Of a stretch of DNA of 50,025 bases, positions 10,064 through 19,587 are shown piece after piece (within the stretch, counting starts at the first letter, position 1; the number at the start of each line of letters is the position of its first letter). The stretch lies in the IMG/VR virus record IMGVR_UViG_3300031565_000002; one strand, given 5' to 3'. The position numbers and the translations under genes were made by a program. The notes beneath the pieces are model-generated. The model searched no databases, was not told the origin of the DNA, and was given only the letters and a program-made list of their open reading frames with translations. The stretch is from an uncultured virus (IMG/VR IMGVR_UViG_3300031565_000002). Its lineage: Duplodnaviria; Heunggongvirae; Uroviricota; Caudoviricetes.

Positions 10064-10461
10064 TATTCCACCAACTCAATATCGTTATCATTCATCTTTT
10101 TAACTACATATTGAACTGTATTATCAATATTCCTTTTTCTCTTCATTAAAACAGATAATTTTTTTCTAAAATCAGCCCTTAAATCATCCATGCTCCTATT
10201 TTTTAACACTTTCCGTAATTGCTCATCGAGAGATTTCTGTACTGACAAATCAACATCATTAAAATCAATTCTATCTAACCTTTGTAATAAGCCATTAGCC
10301 TGTTTTATCGCATCGTCTAACTCTAATGATTTCTGCTGTGCTTTAATTAAAAGAGTATCTATTTTATTTGCACTCTCCTTATAGTCAGCCCTTGCAAAAT
10401 CATCGTTAATTCCTAATGCAGCAAACCTTTTAATGATAGAATTACTTCTTATATCAGGCAT
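10063..10461 (-). CDS. Coiled-coil hypothetical protein with N-terminal tag
   Basis: IIKRFAALGI followed by a helical region. Confidence 0.75.
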   Translation of the reverse strand: MPDIRSNSIIKRFAALGINDDFARADYKESANKIDTLLIKAQQKSLELDDAIKQANGLLQRLDRIDFNDVDLSVQKSLDEQLRKVLKNRSMDDLRADFRKKLSVLMKRKRNIDNTVQYVVKKMNDNDIELVE

Positions 10462-10470
10462 TAATATTCC

Positions 10471-11034
10471 TTACATATAAATTTCTTTGACTTTAACATT
10501 TTTAGGAACATATATCTTCGTCTTAATTAACACCATATGTGATAATGCAAAATATTTCATAATGCCTTCTATACTGACCATCCTATAATAATCAACCCTA
10601 AAATCACATGGCTCAACTTCACATATATGCAATTCAACATTCTTACTAACATAAGAACTATCATTACCCATATACTCCCCAAAATTTAAATCACCATTAC
10701 TATTCAAACAACAAAATTTAAATGTAATAATAGTATCTTTACCATCGCATTGAATTTTTTTTATATAATCATATTTATTATCACCTATATCTATTGGGAC
10801 AATTTTATCAGTGGTCATCTTCTTGTATTTACCCGGGGAAATAGTTCCCAAACACCACGCGGCAAGATAACCAACTACAAGACCAAATAAAATAGCCCCT
10901 ATACCTCCACCAGAAAATACTAACACCCTCACAGCACCAGTTAACCGGTGTCTTTTCCGTACCATTTTATTCTTTACCATTCCCAATACATAAAACAAAA
11001 TCATTAAAAACATTACGATGATGACGGTAAACAT
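10471..11034 (-). CDS. Membrane protein (two N-terminal TM helices)
   Basis: Two hydrophobic stretches near the N-terminus. Confidence 0.7.
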   Translation of the reverse strand: MFTVIIVMFLMILFYVLGMVKNKMVRKRHRLTGAVRVLVFSGGGIGAILFGLVVGYLAAWCLGTISPGKYKKMTTDKIVPIDIGDNKYDYIKKIQCDGKDTIITFKFCCLNSNGDLNFGEYMGNDSSYVSKNVELHICEVEPCDFRVDYYRMVSIEGIMKYFALSHMVLIKTKIYVPKNVKVKEIYM

Positions 11035-11049
11035 TATTTCTTTTCTCCT

Positions 11050-11622
11050 TTATCCTATGTTGTTTAATCTGTTATATATATCTTCCCTTTTATGTTCACT
11101 GGGACTTTTTTCATCTTTTTTATTATCGGGGGCTAATCCGTTCTCTTTTAAAAGTTCAAGATAACGATCCATATGCTGTCTCATAAAATCAGAGCAATGT
11201 TCATCGTCTGATATAAAATCTAATGTCCCCCTAACGAATGCCTGCAAATTAGCCACATGATCAATAGTAGCATCCAATCTACCTGATAACCTTGCATTAT
11301 CTGCACCAAGTTCGTCTATTTTATTATTTAATGTATTAAGTATTCTAATAAGTGGATCTGGATCTGATACCAATTGTTGTTGAGTAGCACGCGACTGAAG
11401 TGGGCCCTGTTGCCGCACTATCTGCTGAGCCAATGCCCGCTGTGCATCTAATGACTGCAGTTCTTGATCTGTCAGCCGTCCCTGCGGTAACTGCACTGAC
11501 GGCGGTGACGGCGGTGACGGTATATTTGGTGTCATACTATTCATCTCCATTAAATCTTCAGTACCATCCTGAAACCCTCGATTATATGCTACCGTTAAAT
11601 CATTCGGATCTAGTGATGGCAT
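11050..11622 (-). CDS. Pro/Gln-rich coiled-coil protein with C-terminal tag
   Basis: PSPPSPPS encoded by a 9-bp repeat near 11495-11521; ends IYNRLNNIG. Confidence 0.75.
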   Translation of the reverse strand: MPSLDPNDLTVAYNRGFQDGTEDLMEMNSMTPNIPSPPSPPSVQLPQGRLTDQELQSLDAQRALAQQIVRQQGPLQSRATQQQLVSDPDPLIRILNTLNNKIDELGADNARLSGRLDATIDHVANLQAFVRGTLDFISDDEHCSDFMRQHMDRYLELLKENGLAPDNKKDEKSPSEHKREDIYNRLNNIG

Positions 11623-12116
11623 TATTCACTATCCCCTATATTTTTAAGCCTTCTTTCTATCGGATTCATAAATTCTAGTAACTCTGATTCGTCAATATTA
11701 ACCTTATCAATATCACCACCATCATAATCGTCAACACCTTGTAATGTTATCTCTAACAAATTAACAATTACTTGCACAGGAATATGCTGATCAGACTTAG
11801 TGTGACCAATAACATTCAACATTTCTTTAACTTTAGAAATAACAATATTTCTCTGACGCAACAATGCTTTAAGTTTAGCGTTATCTTCCTTTATTTTTTC
11901 ATGCTCTACAATCAACGCCCGATAATCATCGAGGTGCTTATTGGCTTTCCTTTCAACTGATGCTATCTGACTATTAATACTTCTCGGTGCTAATGACAAT
12001 TTAATTCTCCTGATAAATTCATAAGTAACACTTCTACCATTTGCCCTCGACTCATAAATCTGATTCTCTAAACGCTTTAATATCTTATCTAACTCCATTG
12101 AAAACAATGCAGACAT
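11622..12116 (-). CDS. Coiled-coil protein with C-terminal tag
   Basis: Ends PIERRLKNIGDSE. Confidence 0.75.
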   Translation of the reverse strand: MSALFSMELDKILKRLENQIYESRANGRSVTYEFIRRIKLSLAPRSINSQIASVERKANKHLDDYRALIVEHEKIKEDNAKLKALLRQRNIVISKVKEMLNVIGHTKSDQHIPVQVIVNLLEITLQGVDDYDGGDIDKVNIDESELLEFMNPIERRLKNIGDSE

Positions 12117-12437
12117 TTATGCACCAATATTACCTAATCTTTTCTGAATAGCACTTTCACCATCTTTCTCATGCACAACTTCTTTATTTATCAGACTAAA
12201 ACTTAAATCAGTCCTACACTCAATCATATTCCCTATAACTTCCATAAAATAAGCAGCATCAAAGCCACCATCATCTGGATCCTCTTCGTCTACATAATAA
12301 TGTATCCTATCTAATATTTTCTCCCGTTCAGCAACAATACACTTCAACTCAACGATCTTTTCCCTCATCGCCATATTCTCTTCAGCTAACTTTCTTACCT
12401 TACCTTCAAAATCATTTAATAATTTAATATCAATCAT
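12117..12437 (-). CDS. Coiled-coil protein with C-terminal tag
   Basis: Ends AIQKRLGNIGA. Confidence 0.75.
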   Translation of the reverse strand: MIDIKLLNDFEGKVRKLAEENMAMREKIVELKCIVAEREKILDRIHYYVDEEDPDDGGFDAAYFMEVIGNMIECRTDLSFSLINKEVVHEKDGESAIQKRLGNIGA

Positions 12438-13036
12438 TTCTTTTTCTCCGGAAATATCGCTGATCTAAAATGCCCCTTGCTAACATATGCCCCATGACCA
12501 TATAATTTTACTACATCATGGCAAAGCCTACGAGCATTATGGCTTTCCTTACCATTACCACAATTTATTTTCTCCCACATTTCACCACGAGCATCCCATG
12601 CCCTCATTGAAATATCTTCCGGTGGATCAACATTATCCCAATATGAATAATCTTCAACCCAATCAGGAAATTTTATATATTTCTTCATCCAATCAGGACA
12701 TATGGGGATAGCATATACATGTTGAGCCCTTATCCAAAAATTAACAGCACAGTCTAAATCAAAATAATCCTTATCTGGACTATCAGATGCCTGTACAGAT
12801 CGATCTAATACAGTCTTTAACTGCACCCATTTCCTGTACCTGCTTTCTTTGCCCTTGGTATTTTTCCCATACTTCTTAATGTCTGCTTTAAATTTCTTTT
12901 CGTCAATCTTAATTGAATTCATCAATCTCTTTACATGCTTTAAGCAAATAACAAACATCTGGTCGTGGATCAAATCAATAAACTCAATCCATTTATGCCT
13001 TTTAAAACGATAAGCCCAATATATTTTAGTGCTCAT
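12434..13036 (-). CDS. Hypothetical phage protein
   Basis: 200 aa, Trp-rich YSYWDNVDPPE..W..R...W. Confidence 0.75.
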   Translation of the reverse strand: MSTKIYWAYRFKRHKWIEFIDLIHDQMFVICLKHVKRLMNSIKIDEKKFKADIKKYGKNTKGKESRYRKWVQLKTVLDRSVQASDSPDKDYFDLDCAVNFWIRAQHVYAIPICPDWMKKYIKFPDWVEDYSYWDNVDPPEDISMRAWDARGEMWEKINCGNGKESHNARRLCHDVVKLYGHGAYVSKGHFRSAIFPEKKK

Positions 13037-13037
13037 A

Positions 13038-13337
13038 TTAACCTACTATCCTAAGTTTACTGAGATAACCACCACTGACAATTATGCCACCATTACCATA
13101 CGGCTTTCCGCCAAACCCTGGGGCAAACATAGAAAGAGAACTGTTTATTATCTTATCAACTTTAAAAACAAGACCATTAAAATTATACTCCCACCTAGCG
13201 AAATCTTGAAAATATTTAATCCTCCCCACTGGGACTACCTTAATACCAACTCTCACATTACTTAAATCACGATTAACATTATCGTTTGATGCAACACCCA
13301 ATATCCACAATCTCTCAAAATTACTTTGCGAAATCAT
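13038..13337 (-). CDS. Hypothetical protein with N-terminal tag
   Basis: NFERLWILGV. Confidence 0.65.
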   Translation of the reverse strand: MISQSNFERLWILGVASNDNVNRDLSNVRVGIKVVPVGRIKYFQDFARWEYNFNGLVFKVDKIINSSLSMFAPGFGGKPYGNGGIIVSGGYLSKLRIVG

Positions 13338-13659
13338 CAGTCCAATTCCTGATCTCTAATATTTCCCCAAGCTGTATAGCAAAAACTTTCTTCCCATCCC
13401 ATAGCCCAATTTTCTGTCCCTTCCATTCAACTCTCATAAAAGGAGAATCTTTACCATAGCCATTCCTAAAATGTATCTCATCGTATTCTCTGATAACATC
13501 AAAGCCTTCATGCCCAAACATATCGTGCAGTTCTGTTAATCTTTTTTGCCAATAGGGTTTATACTCCCTATACTCTTCCTTCTTCTCTCCCCTTGCTATT
13601 TGATCAAACCACTTCTTGATTAGGGTTAAATGCAAAATCCTTTTCATTTTTTTATCCAT
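13321..13659 (-). CDS. ASCH/PUA-like domain protein
   Basis: LHLTLIKKWFDQIARGEKKEEYRE...FRNGY. Confidence 0.8.
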   Translation of the reverse strand: MDKKMKRILHLTLIKKWFDQIARGEKKEEYREYKPYWQKRLTELHDMFGHEGFDVIREYDEIHFRNGYGKDSPFMRVEWKGQKIGLWDGKKVFAIQLGEILEIRNWTDDFAK

Positions 13660-13686
13660 TATCTATACAACCTATACAGGTTGTAA

Positions 13687-13866
13687 TTACCCTTCATCCA
13701 CTTTTATATCATGCCAACCTTCAGAAATTACATCATCCCCTAATACAAGTTTGATACTCACATGACGACCATTAAACCCATACCATTCTTCGTCAACATC
13801 AACCCTTAAATTGCCCTTTAAGAAATCGACCAACTCTTCTTTTATCTCATCAAACTTCTCGCTCAA
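13687..13866 (-). CDS. Small hypothetical protein (59 aa, below the track cutoff)
   Basis: Manual read from TTG: SEKFDEIKEELVDFLKGNLRVDVDEEWYG...; fills the gap. Confidence 0.55.
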   Translation of the reverse strand: MSEKFDEIKEELVDFLKGNLRVDVDEEWYGFNGRHVSIKLVLGDDVISEGWHDIKVDEG

Positions 13867-14335
13867 TTAATAATCCTTCCTTCAGCGATTCATCTAATAA
13901 TTCTTTTGCCTTCTTTGGATTTTCATTCATAAAAAGCCTAAAATGAAGAGAGCCCAAACAAATACCAGTTTTTATCAAGGCTTTAAAATATTCAAATTTA
14001 TTCATTTTAACATCAATAGAAAATCTATTGCCATGAATTCCATCTGATGCATCATTAAATATTGTAGCAGGAAGAACCTTCCCTAATGATTCATGAGATT
14101 TTTCATATTCATTATAATCGTCACAATAAATACAATCAAAAATATCCCTTTTCCCATCATGCCCACCATACCACTCTTTTTCTTCAGAAAAATCAATTTC
14201 AATATAATGACAGCAAGAATGACAATGCAGCGTTTCTATCCCCTTCGGCTTATTATTTATAAATCCACGCTCACCACATTCCGTACAAATAACCTTCGTA
14301 TCACTCATCCGATAACAAGTTTTCCTAAGATTCAC
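13850..14335 (-). CDS. Zinc-finger hypothetical protein
   Basis: CTEC, CHSC, CIYC. Confidence 0.7.
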   Translation of the reverse strand: MNLRKTCYRMSDTKVICTECGERGFINNKPKGIETLHCHSCCHYIEIDFSEEKEWYGGHDGKRDIFDCIYCDDYNEYEKSHESLGKVLPATIFNDASDGIHGNRFSIDVKMNKFEYFKALIKTGICLGSLHFRLFMNENPKKAKELLDESLKEGLLIEREV

Positions 14336-14517
14336 TTATGGTCCTTTCGCTCACCATTAAACACATAGTAATAAGGCACCCACGTCCTATCTGCTATCAC
14401 ATTCTTATCTATGACCTGCTTCAAGTCATCATCAAGTATCTGCTTGCTGATTTCTCTCAATTTATCCATAGCCTTACTCTTGCTGCTCTCGTCTATCTGA
14501 ATCATTATTGAGTACAT
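14332..14517 (-). CDS. Hypothetical protein
   Basis: In the gene run. Confidence 0.55.
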   Translation of the reverse strand: MYSIMIQIDESSKSKAMDKLREISKQILDDDLKQVIDKNVIADRTWVPYYYVFNGERKDHK

Positions 14518-14827
14518 TTATAAACTCCAAAGCGTGGTTAATTTCCTCTTTTGTCTCTTCTAAATCTCTACTACCACCAACGACGAGAAATTTCCTTCCG
14601 TCAATACCAACATCCTGCATAGCACTTAAATTCCTCAACAACCTGCTTATTCTTCCTAAATCTAACCTTATATTTGTATCATTGTCGTATATAATAGCAT
14701 GATACTTTTTCCCAATCTGCAAGTGTATATTGGGGTCATAGTTATCACCAGTAAAGACATATGACTCCCCCATATTATCATTACTGGCATACCATCTTGC
14801 CTTCACCGTAAAAGAAAATTTAGGCAC
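14474..14827 (-). CDS. Hypothetical protein
   Basis: In the gene run. Confidence 0.65.
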   Translation of the reverse strand: MPKFSFTVKARWYASNDNMGESYVFTGDNYDPNIHLQIGKKYHAIIYDNDTNIRLDLGRISRLLRNLSAMQDVGIDGRKFLVVGGSRDLEETKEEINHALEFINVLNNDSDRREQQE

Positions 14828-15116
14828 TTTTATCCCCTCCCATATTTCTCTCCAACTCGTCTATCAAATCTGGCATTGCTTTTATAAACAGTGGTCCAGT
14901 ACCCGTAAAAACAACAAGCCCATGCCCACTATCCCTACACATTTTACCACCTATCTGAGGGTTACCCTTACGTATCACATCCAATACATCGTTCCTCGAC
15001 CAATCAGCGCCAAGTAAAGTATTAGGTACACTATAATACGTATGTATCATATCACCATCAGGCAACACAGAAACAGCCTGATCATAAGTCAATATTACTA
15101 TTTTACTATTGCTCAC
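14820..15116 (-). CDS. Hypothetical protein
   Basis: In the gene run. Confidence 0.7.
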   Translation of the reverse strand: MSNSKIVILTYDQAVSVLPDGDMIHTYYSVPNTLLGADWSRNDVLDVIRKGNPQIGGKMCRDSGHGLVVFTGTGPLFIKAMPDLIDELERNMGGDKSA

Positions 15117-15426
15117 CTGGCAACTCTAAATCTTCCCTAATTGCCCATATTTCTGCCTGAACAAAACTTCCGGGGACTCGTTTCCCAGTATCTTTAAATA
15201 AACCGGTTCTCTTAACAACCTGACAAATATCGTCATTTTCTGCCCATGATTTTATGATCACTTCCCTATCTTCTAATTCCTGTTCTGGAATATTTGTAGT
15301 TAAAGTGGCATACGGAACATTATCACTAGTTACCAAGTCTATTCTCATCCTTTTGCCTGCATACCTCCGTAACTGAAAATAGAGATTTTCACCTCTATAC
15401 TCAAGCATATGACCTTCTAATTTCAT
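15106..15426 (-). CDS. DUF4313-like protein
   Basis: PYATLTTN...IIKSWAEN...TGKRV.GSFV resembles DUF4313 (by eye). Confidence 0.5.
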   Translation of the reverse strand: MKLEGHMLEYRGENLYFQLRRYAGKRMRIDLVTSDNVPYATLTTNIPEQELEDREVIIKSWAENDDICQVVKRTGLFKDTGKRVPGSFVQAEIWAIREDLELPGEQ

Positions 15427-15469
15427 ATTATTCCCCTTTCACAATAATTAAATTTAAATTCTCCAATAC

Positions 15470-15727
15470 TCATATATTCTCCAACCTTTTCTTAATAGCC
15501 GGTGGAGATTTAGGTTCTTCAATCAATTCAATATCAATATACGGCACCCTACTTATTCTCACCATTACAAGACAGTTGGGGCATTCTTTAGTTTTCAATG
15601 TAGCACCACCATATACTTCAATAACTTCACATATTGTTCCACGGGGGATTTCGGCAAGACTATTCTGTAGGTTTCTAAGGGTGCGGACTTTCTTCCCTAT
15701 ATAATCTCTCTTCCTTTTAAGCACCAC
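15470..15727 (-). CDS. Small beta-barrel-like protein with C-terminal tag
   Basis: IGKKVRTL..IPRGTICEV; ends AIKKRLENI. Confidence 0.7.
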   Translation of the reverse strand: MVLKRKRDYIGKKVRTLRNLQNSLAEIPRGTICEVIEVYGGATLKTKECPNCLVMVRISRVPYIDIELIEEPKSPPAIKKRLENI

Positions 15728-15770
15728 AGCATTATCCCCTTAACACGAAAAATAGACAGGCTATACTCCT

Positions 15771-15802
15771 CTATAATATAACAAACAAGGTATTAAAAAT
15801 AA
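15771..15802 (-). promoter_or_regulatory. Putative promoter (recurring motif)
   Basis: Minus strand TTTGTTATATTATAG with AT-rich upstream. Confidence 0.65.
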
Positions 15803-15823
15803 AAAAGATTATAAAAAAATAAT

Positions 15824-15852
15824 TTGCATCTTATATGATGTTTTAGTATATT
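15824..15852 (+). promoter_or_regulatory. Putative divergent plus-strand promoter
   Basis: TTGCAT-N17-TATATT. Confidence 0.45.
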
Positions 15853-15907
15853 ACCTTTCGTAAGAAAATTAGGTCTCATCCTTCTTAGGCGCTGGATTGG
15901 AACTATA

Positions 15908-15940
15908 ACAAAAAGGCAGGAAATCCCTTTTCCTGCCTTC
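15908..15940 (-). terminator. Intrinsic terminator
   Basis: AAGGCAGGAAA...TTTCCTGCCTT hairpin followed by TTTGTT on the minus strand. Confidence 0.75.
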
Positions 15941-15959
15941 CCCATATAAAACTTCCGAT

Positions 15960-17138
15960 TTACTTAAATCTTATTTCAACACTTGTAGTACCAGACTCTG
16001 TAGGTATAAACACCCTGTCATTCTTAACTATTACACCGGACTCGTCAACATGAATCCCGCTTTTTAAAATCATCTTTTCGCCTTCCGTAACAACAACGTC
16101 ACATTTATGTATATCTAAATTCAAATTAATGCCATCGCTACCAATATCAGTTATTCTTACCCTATTTTTATCAATATAAACAAATCTTACCACAGCCCTT
16201 CCATTTATCATGTATGACATTCGTATACAATCATCTTCTCGCTTAATATCATTTAACCTACAATAACCAAACCTCCAGAAAGGCTCCTTCTGCTTCTCTA
16301 AAAAAATAGAGTTTTTGTTCTTTAAATCATACAACTTATGCTTTATCTTATTGTCAAACCCATTATAACCTACATGAAAAATCATGCTTTTACCACCATA
16401 ATAAACAACTATATCACCAATATCATAATGTGTATGACCATCATTTATGTACTTATAAATACAGGACGGATGCCTTACCAATAAGTACATATTTTCTGTC
16501 TTAAACAACGTCTGATCGCTATCATAACACAAAACCTTCTCTGAAACATATTCACTACCATCCCATTTAGTTTTCCATGTATCTCCTATTGGTGGAAGCA
16601 TATTATCAGGGGTGATATATTTCTTAATCCAAGCCCTACAAGTATCCTTTACATTTAATAAATAATTATCCTTATGAACCTTGTCTAAATAAAGATCAAT
16701 CATTTGCTCTGTATATAGATAATAACTAGGCCCTTCACTCCAAACATTACCATTTATCAAGTTGTAATCAATCCACTTTTTAGCATGTTCATACTTTGTC
16801 CTAACGCTATCATCATCATCTACCATTTTATACAATACTGCCAACAATAAATGATTCCTTATCGCTATATTATTATGATGAATAGCATTAAATCCAAAAA
16901 ACGAACTGTCAACTAAAATCTGACCTTCTAATATTTTAATTTCCTTACCAACATCTATATCTTCACCAGCTAATATTTTAGTCCTTAATTCAGTCTGCTT
17001 GTTAACGATGTCGGTAGACGACATAAGGTGATTCTTCATAAACTTGGCACCAGCACAACCAACTACGATAAGGATAACAATAACCAGTACCGTTATTAAT
17101 AGTGTCATTTTCCCCTTCCTTCTGTTTTTGGAAAACAT
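15960..17138 (-). CDS. Membrane-anchored heparinase II/III-like polysaccharide lyase
   Basis: N-terminal TM; WSEGPSYY, PPIGDT and GHTHYD motifs typical of heparinase II/III / oligoalginate lyases. Confidence 0.7.
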   Translation of the reverse strand: MFSKNRRKGKMTLLITVLVIVILIVVGCAGAKFMKNHLMSSTDIVNKQTELRTKILAGEDIDVGKEIKILEGQILVDSSFFGFNAIHHNNIAIRNHLLLAVLYKMVDDDDSVRTKYEHAKKWIDYNLINGNVWSEGPSYYLYTEQMIDLYLDKVHKDNYLLNVKDTCRAWIKKYITPDNMLPPIGDTWKTKWDGSEYVSEKVLCYDSDQTLFKTENMYLLVRHPSCIYKYINDGHTHYDIGDIVVYYGGKSMIFHVGYNGFDNKIKHKLYDLKNKNSIFLEKQKEPFWRFGYCRLNDIKREDDCIRMSYMINGRAVVRFVYIDKNRVRITDIGSDGINLNLDIHKCDVVVTEGEKMILKSGIHVDESGVIVKNDRVFIPTESGTTSVEIRFK

Positions 17139-17185
17139 TCGTTCAACCTCCGGTAATTCTGGTTTATGGATTATTTTTTATATAT

Positions 17186-17212
17186 AAAAACTATAACCCC
17201 TTGCGGGGCTAT
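17186..17212 (-). terminator. Hairpin with U-run in the leader of the lyase gene
   Basis: ATAGCCCC-GCAA-GGGGTTAT then AGTTTTT. Confidence 0.6.
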
Positions 17213-17225
17213 GTGTAGTCACTAA

Positions 17226-17257
17226 CTAGAATATAACAAATTGTAGGTTGATGTCAA
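17226..17257 (-). promoter_or_regulatory. Putative promoter (recurring motif)
   Basis: TTGACA-N16-TATATT with TG extension. Confidence 0.75.
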
Positions 17258-17485
17258 TTACTCTTTCATGAGTCGCCTTGTATTATTTAAAAATCTCTCT
17301 GATTGCAACTGTTGGATAGATTTTCTGTTTTGCTGAGTATTTACGGGGATAGGTGATTCAGAACCACTAATATTTTTAGAGAAATACATAGCAGCTTTCC
17401 TTCTCGCATCAAAAAAACTTTTTTCTAAGAATCCGTCTGTACTTTCAGATAATGAATTTGTCATAATTACCTTAATGTATACCAA
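17258..17485 (-). CDS. Hypothetical protein
   Basis: Short ORF in the run; start may be the internal MTNS. Confidence 0.55.
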   Translation of the reverse strand: MVYIKVIMTNSLSESTDGFLEKSFFDARRKAAMYFSKNISGSESPIPVNTQQNRKSIQQLQSERFLNNTRRLMKE

Positions 17486-18402
17486 GACATTAATGTGCTA
17501 ACTGATTTTGCATCAGGGTAACCCTTCTTTAACCACTCCTTGAAATTATCATTCCCCCACTCAACATCAGATGAGGTTATCCCATACTTATTCGAAAGGT
17601 CTTCTAAACTAATCATAAATTCAGCATTCATATATAATTTTTTCTGAAAAAGAAGTACGGCACCATATTTATAAATAAATACATACGATTCAAGATAATC
17701 AACCTTAATACTGTTATCTTCTTCGTAATCATTATAATAATCAGTAATAGCATCTCCACAAACACACTTCTGATCAGGGAAATGATATTTAAACTTAAAA
17801 AGATGAGAATTATATTCAAACATCGCTATCTTACTATCGTCAGCATTAGTATTATATGCAGAAAATTCATATGGAATATGCTCTATAAGCCTAACCATAG
17901 TCCTAATACTACCAACCATAGCATAAGAAAACGACCCAAAACCCTCGTCATAATCTATTTCCCACTCACCATTAATAGCCTTCTTTAAATAATAATTAAC
18001 CCCTAAACTTTGTCTAATATCATTTTCAGGATCAGACCAGGGAGAACCAGTATCTCGACCATATACAAATTGTTTGACATCTATTTTTCTAAGTGGGAAA
18101 ACAGAACTGATTTCTCGACCCTTTACGCCAAGTCCTGCAATATCAGAATCAACAACAGTTCCATCTTTTTTGATGGAATGATATACAAGGCTAATATAAG
18201 CAGCAGCAACCATCATATCGTCCATGTCTGTGCTAATGACTAAAGACCACTCTGAATCAACATCTGCCTTATCGTATAAATTAGCCTTAACCAATAATTC
18301 TACTTTATTAGTATCAGAGACCTTCTCTACGTCACCATTAAAGTACTCATATAATTCAGCACGATACAACGGAAAATAGCTGTTTGCTACTTCCTTATTC
18401 AT
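17467..18402 (-). CDS. Hypothetical protein
   Basis: 311 aa, GGAG RBS. Confidence 0.8.
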   Translation of the reverse strand: MNKEVANSYFPLYRAELYEYFNGDVEKVSDTNKVELLVKANLYDKADVDSEWSLVISTDMDDMMVAAAYISLVYHSIKKDGTVVDSDIAGLGVKGREISSVFPLRKIDVKQFVYGRDTGSPWSDPENDIRQSLGVNYYLKKAINGEWEIDYDEGFGSFSYAMVGSIRTMVRLIEHIPYEFSAYNTNADDSKIAMFEYNSHLFKFKYHFPDQKCVCGDAITDYYNDYEEDNSIKVDYLESYVFIYKYGAVLLFQKKLYMNAEFMISLEDLSNKYGITSSDVEWGNDNFKEWLKKGYPDAKSVSTLMSWYTLR

Positions 18403-18461
18403 ACATTACTCCGGTTAATAATAAGAACCTCAAAACCTTTCCATAAAAAGATACATCAATA

Positions 18462-18665
18462 TTACGCTACATTACCAATATTCTTCTCTGAATATGCAGT
18501 ATAATGACGCTCAAAATCAATAACCCACTGCAATTCATCATAAGTAGGATCACACTGTTTTACTATCTTTTTAAGATTCGTGTCCATCTTTATGAGTGCT
18601 ACAAATATAGGCGCTAGTTTTTCCGGAACTTTAACCGTCTCTGGTTGCTGTTCTAAAGTATTCAC
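18462..18665 (-). CDS. Hypothetical protein
   Basis: In the gene run. Confidence 0.6.
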   Translation of the reverse strand: MNTLEQQPETVKVPEKLAPIFVALIKMDTNLKKIVKQCDPTYDELQWVIDFERHYTAYSEKNIGNVA

Positions 18666-18667
18666 GA

Positions 18668-18847
18668 TTAATTTATTATCCTTTTAGCCAAAATCCTCGT
18701 TGATTGATCATCTAAATTAAACCAGAAAATTATTTGCTTCTCTTCCTCAGTGAAACAATCATCTAAACTTTTTCTCTGACCAACAGGATAAATTTTACCG
18801 TACTTTTTCTCAGCATCCTCCTTTAACTGTCTCTTCACTTCTACCAT
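18668..18847 (-). CDS. Small hypothetical protein (59 aa, below the track cutoff)
   Basis: Manual read MVEVKRQLKEDAEKKYGKIYPVG...FWFNLDDQSTRILAKRIIN. Confidence 0.65.
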   Translation of the reverse strand: MVEVKRQLKEDAEKKYGKIYPVGQRKSLDDCFTEEEKQIIFWFNLDDQSTRILAKRIIN

Positions 18848-18858
18848 AACGAAACCTT

Positions 18859-19470
18859 TTACTCGTTAACTTCGTCAATAACACGTTTTCTCCACCTCTT
18901 AATTAGTTCGCTAAAATCCAATTCATCGTTATGAACCGCGGGTAAATGAAAACATTCAACTCCCTTTTTTACATTTCTCCCTTTTTCGGGTAAAACGTTA
19001 AATATTTCCCCATCTTTATTCTGTAATTCGGTAACATTAACTAATATCTTTATGTCATCATTTACGGTTATCTCAGTAGCACCCAAAATACCCCATATAT
19101 GAATATTCTTATTTATCTTAAAATAAAGTTCTTTATCATCAAGTGCTGCCCGCAATAACTTATCAGAAACAAATTCCCTTAAAGGGGGAACTAAACATTC
19201 CTTAAATATTATAATGCTTATATATTTAATTATACCTTCATTTTTAAGATTTCTATAAAAAGTTAATTGTTCAATATTGTCAACAAAATCAGAAACATTA
19301 ATAACAGTATCGGATATATCTAAAACATTCCCTATCGCATGATACGATTTTCCAAACAAAAAATAAACAACATTTTTCCTTAAATCTTCATCAAGCTGAT
19401 TCTCAATATTATCGTTAACTACACCTAATGAATATAATTTTTTAAATGCAGGATTCTTTAAATCGGCCAC
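18859..19470 (-). CDS. Hypothetical protein with N-terminal tag
   Basis: PAFKKLYSLGV; AGGAGG upstream. Confidence 0.75.
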   Translation of the reverse strand: MADLKNPAFKKLYSLGVVNDNIENQLDEDLRKNVVYFLFGKSYHAIGNVLDISDTVINVSDFVDNIEQLTFYRNLKNEGIIKYISIIIFKECLVPPLREFVSDKLLRAALDDKELYFKINKNIHIWGILGATEITVNDDIKILVNVTELQNKDGEIFNVLPEKGRNVKKGVECFHLPAVHNDELDFSELIKRWRKRVIDEVNE

Positions 19471-19587
19471 TACGTAATCACCCTCCTAAATTGCATCTCA
19501 AAAACCTTTTTAATACTTTACTTTTTTACTTATTTATATCCAATTTAAATCTCTTAAACTGGTTAACTGTTTGTAAAAACAACTCAG

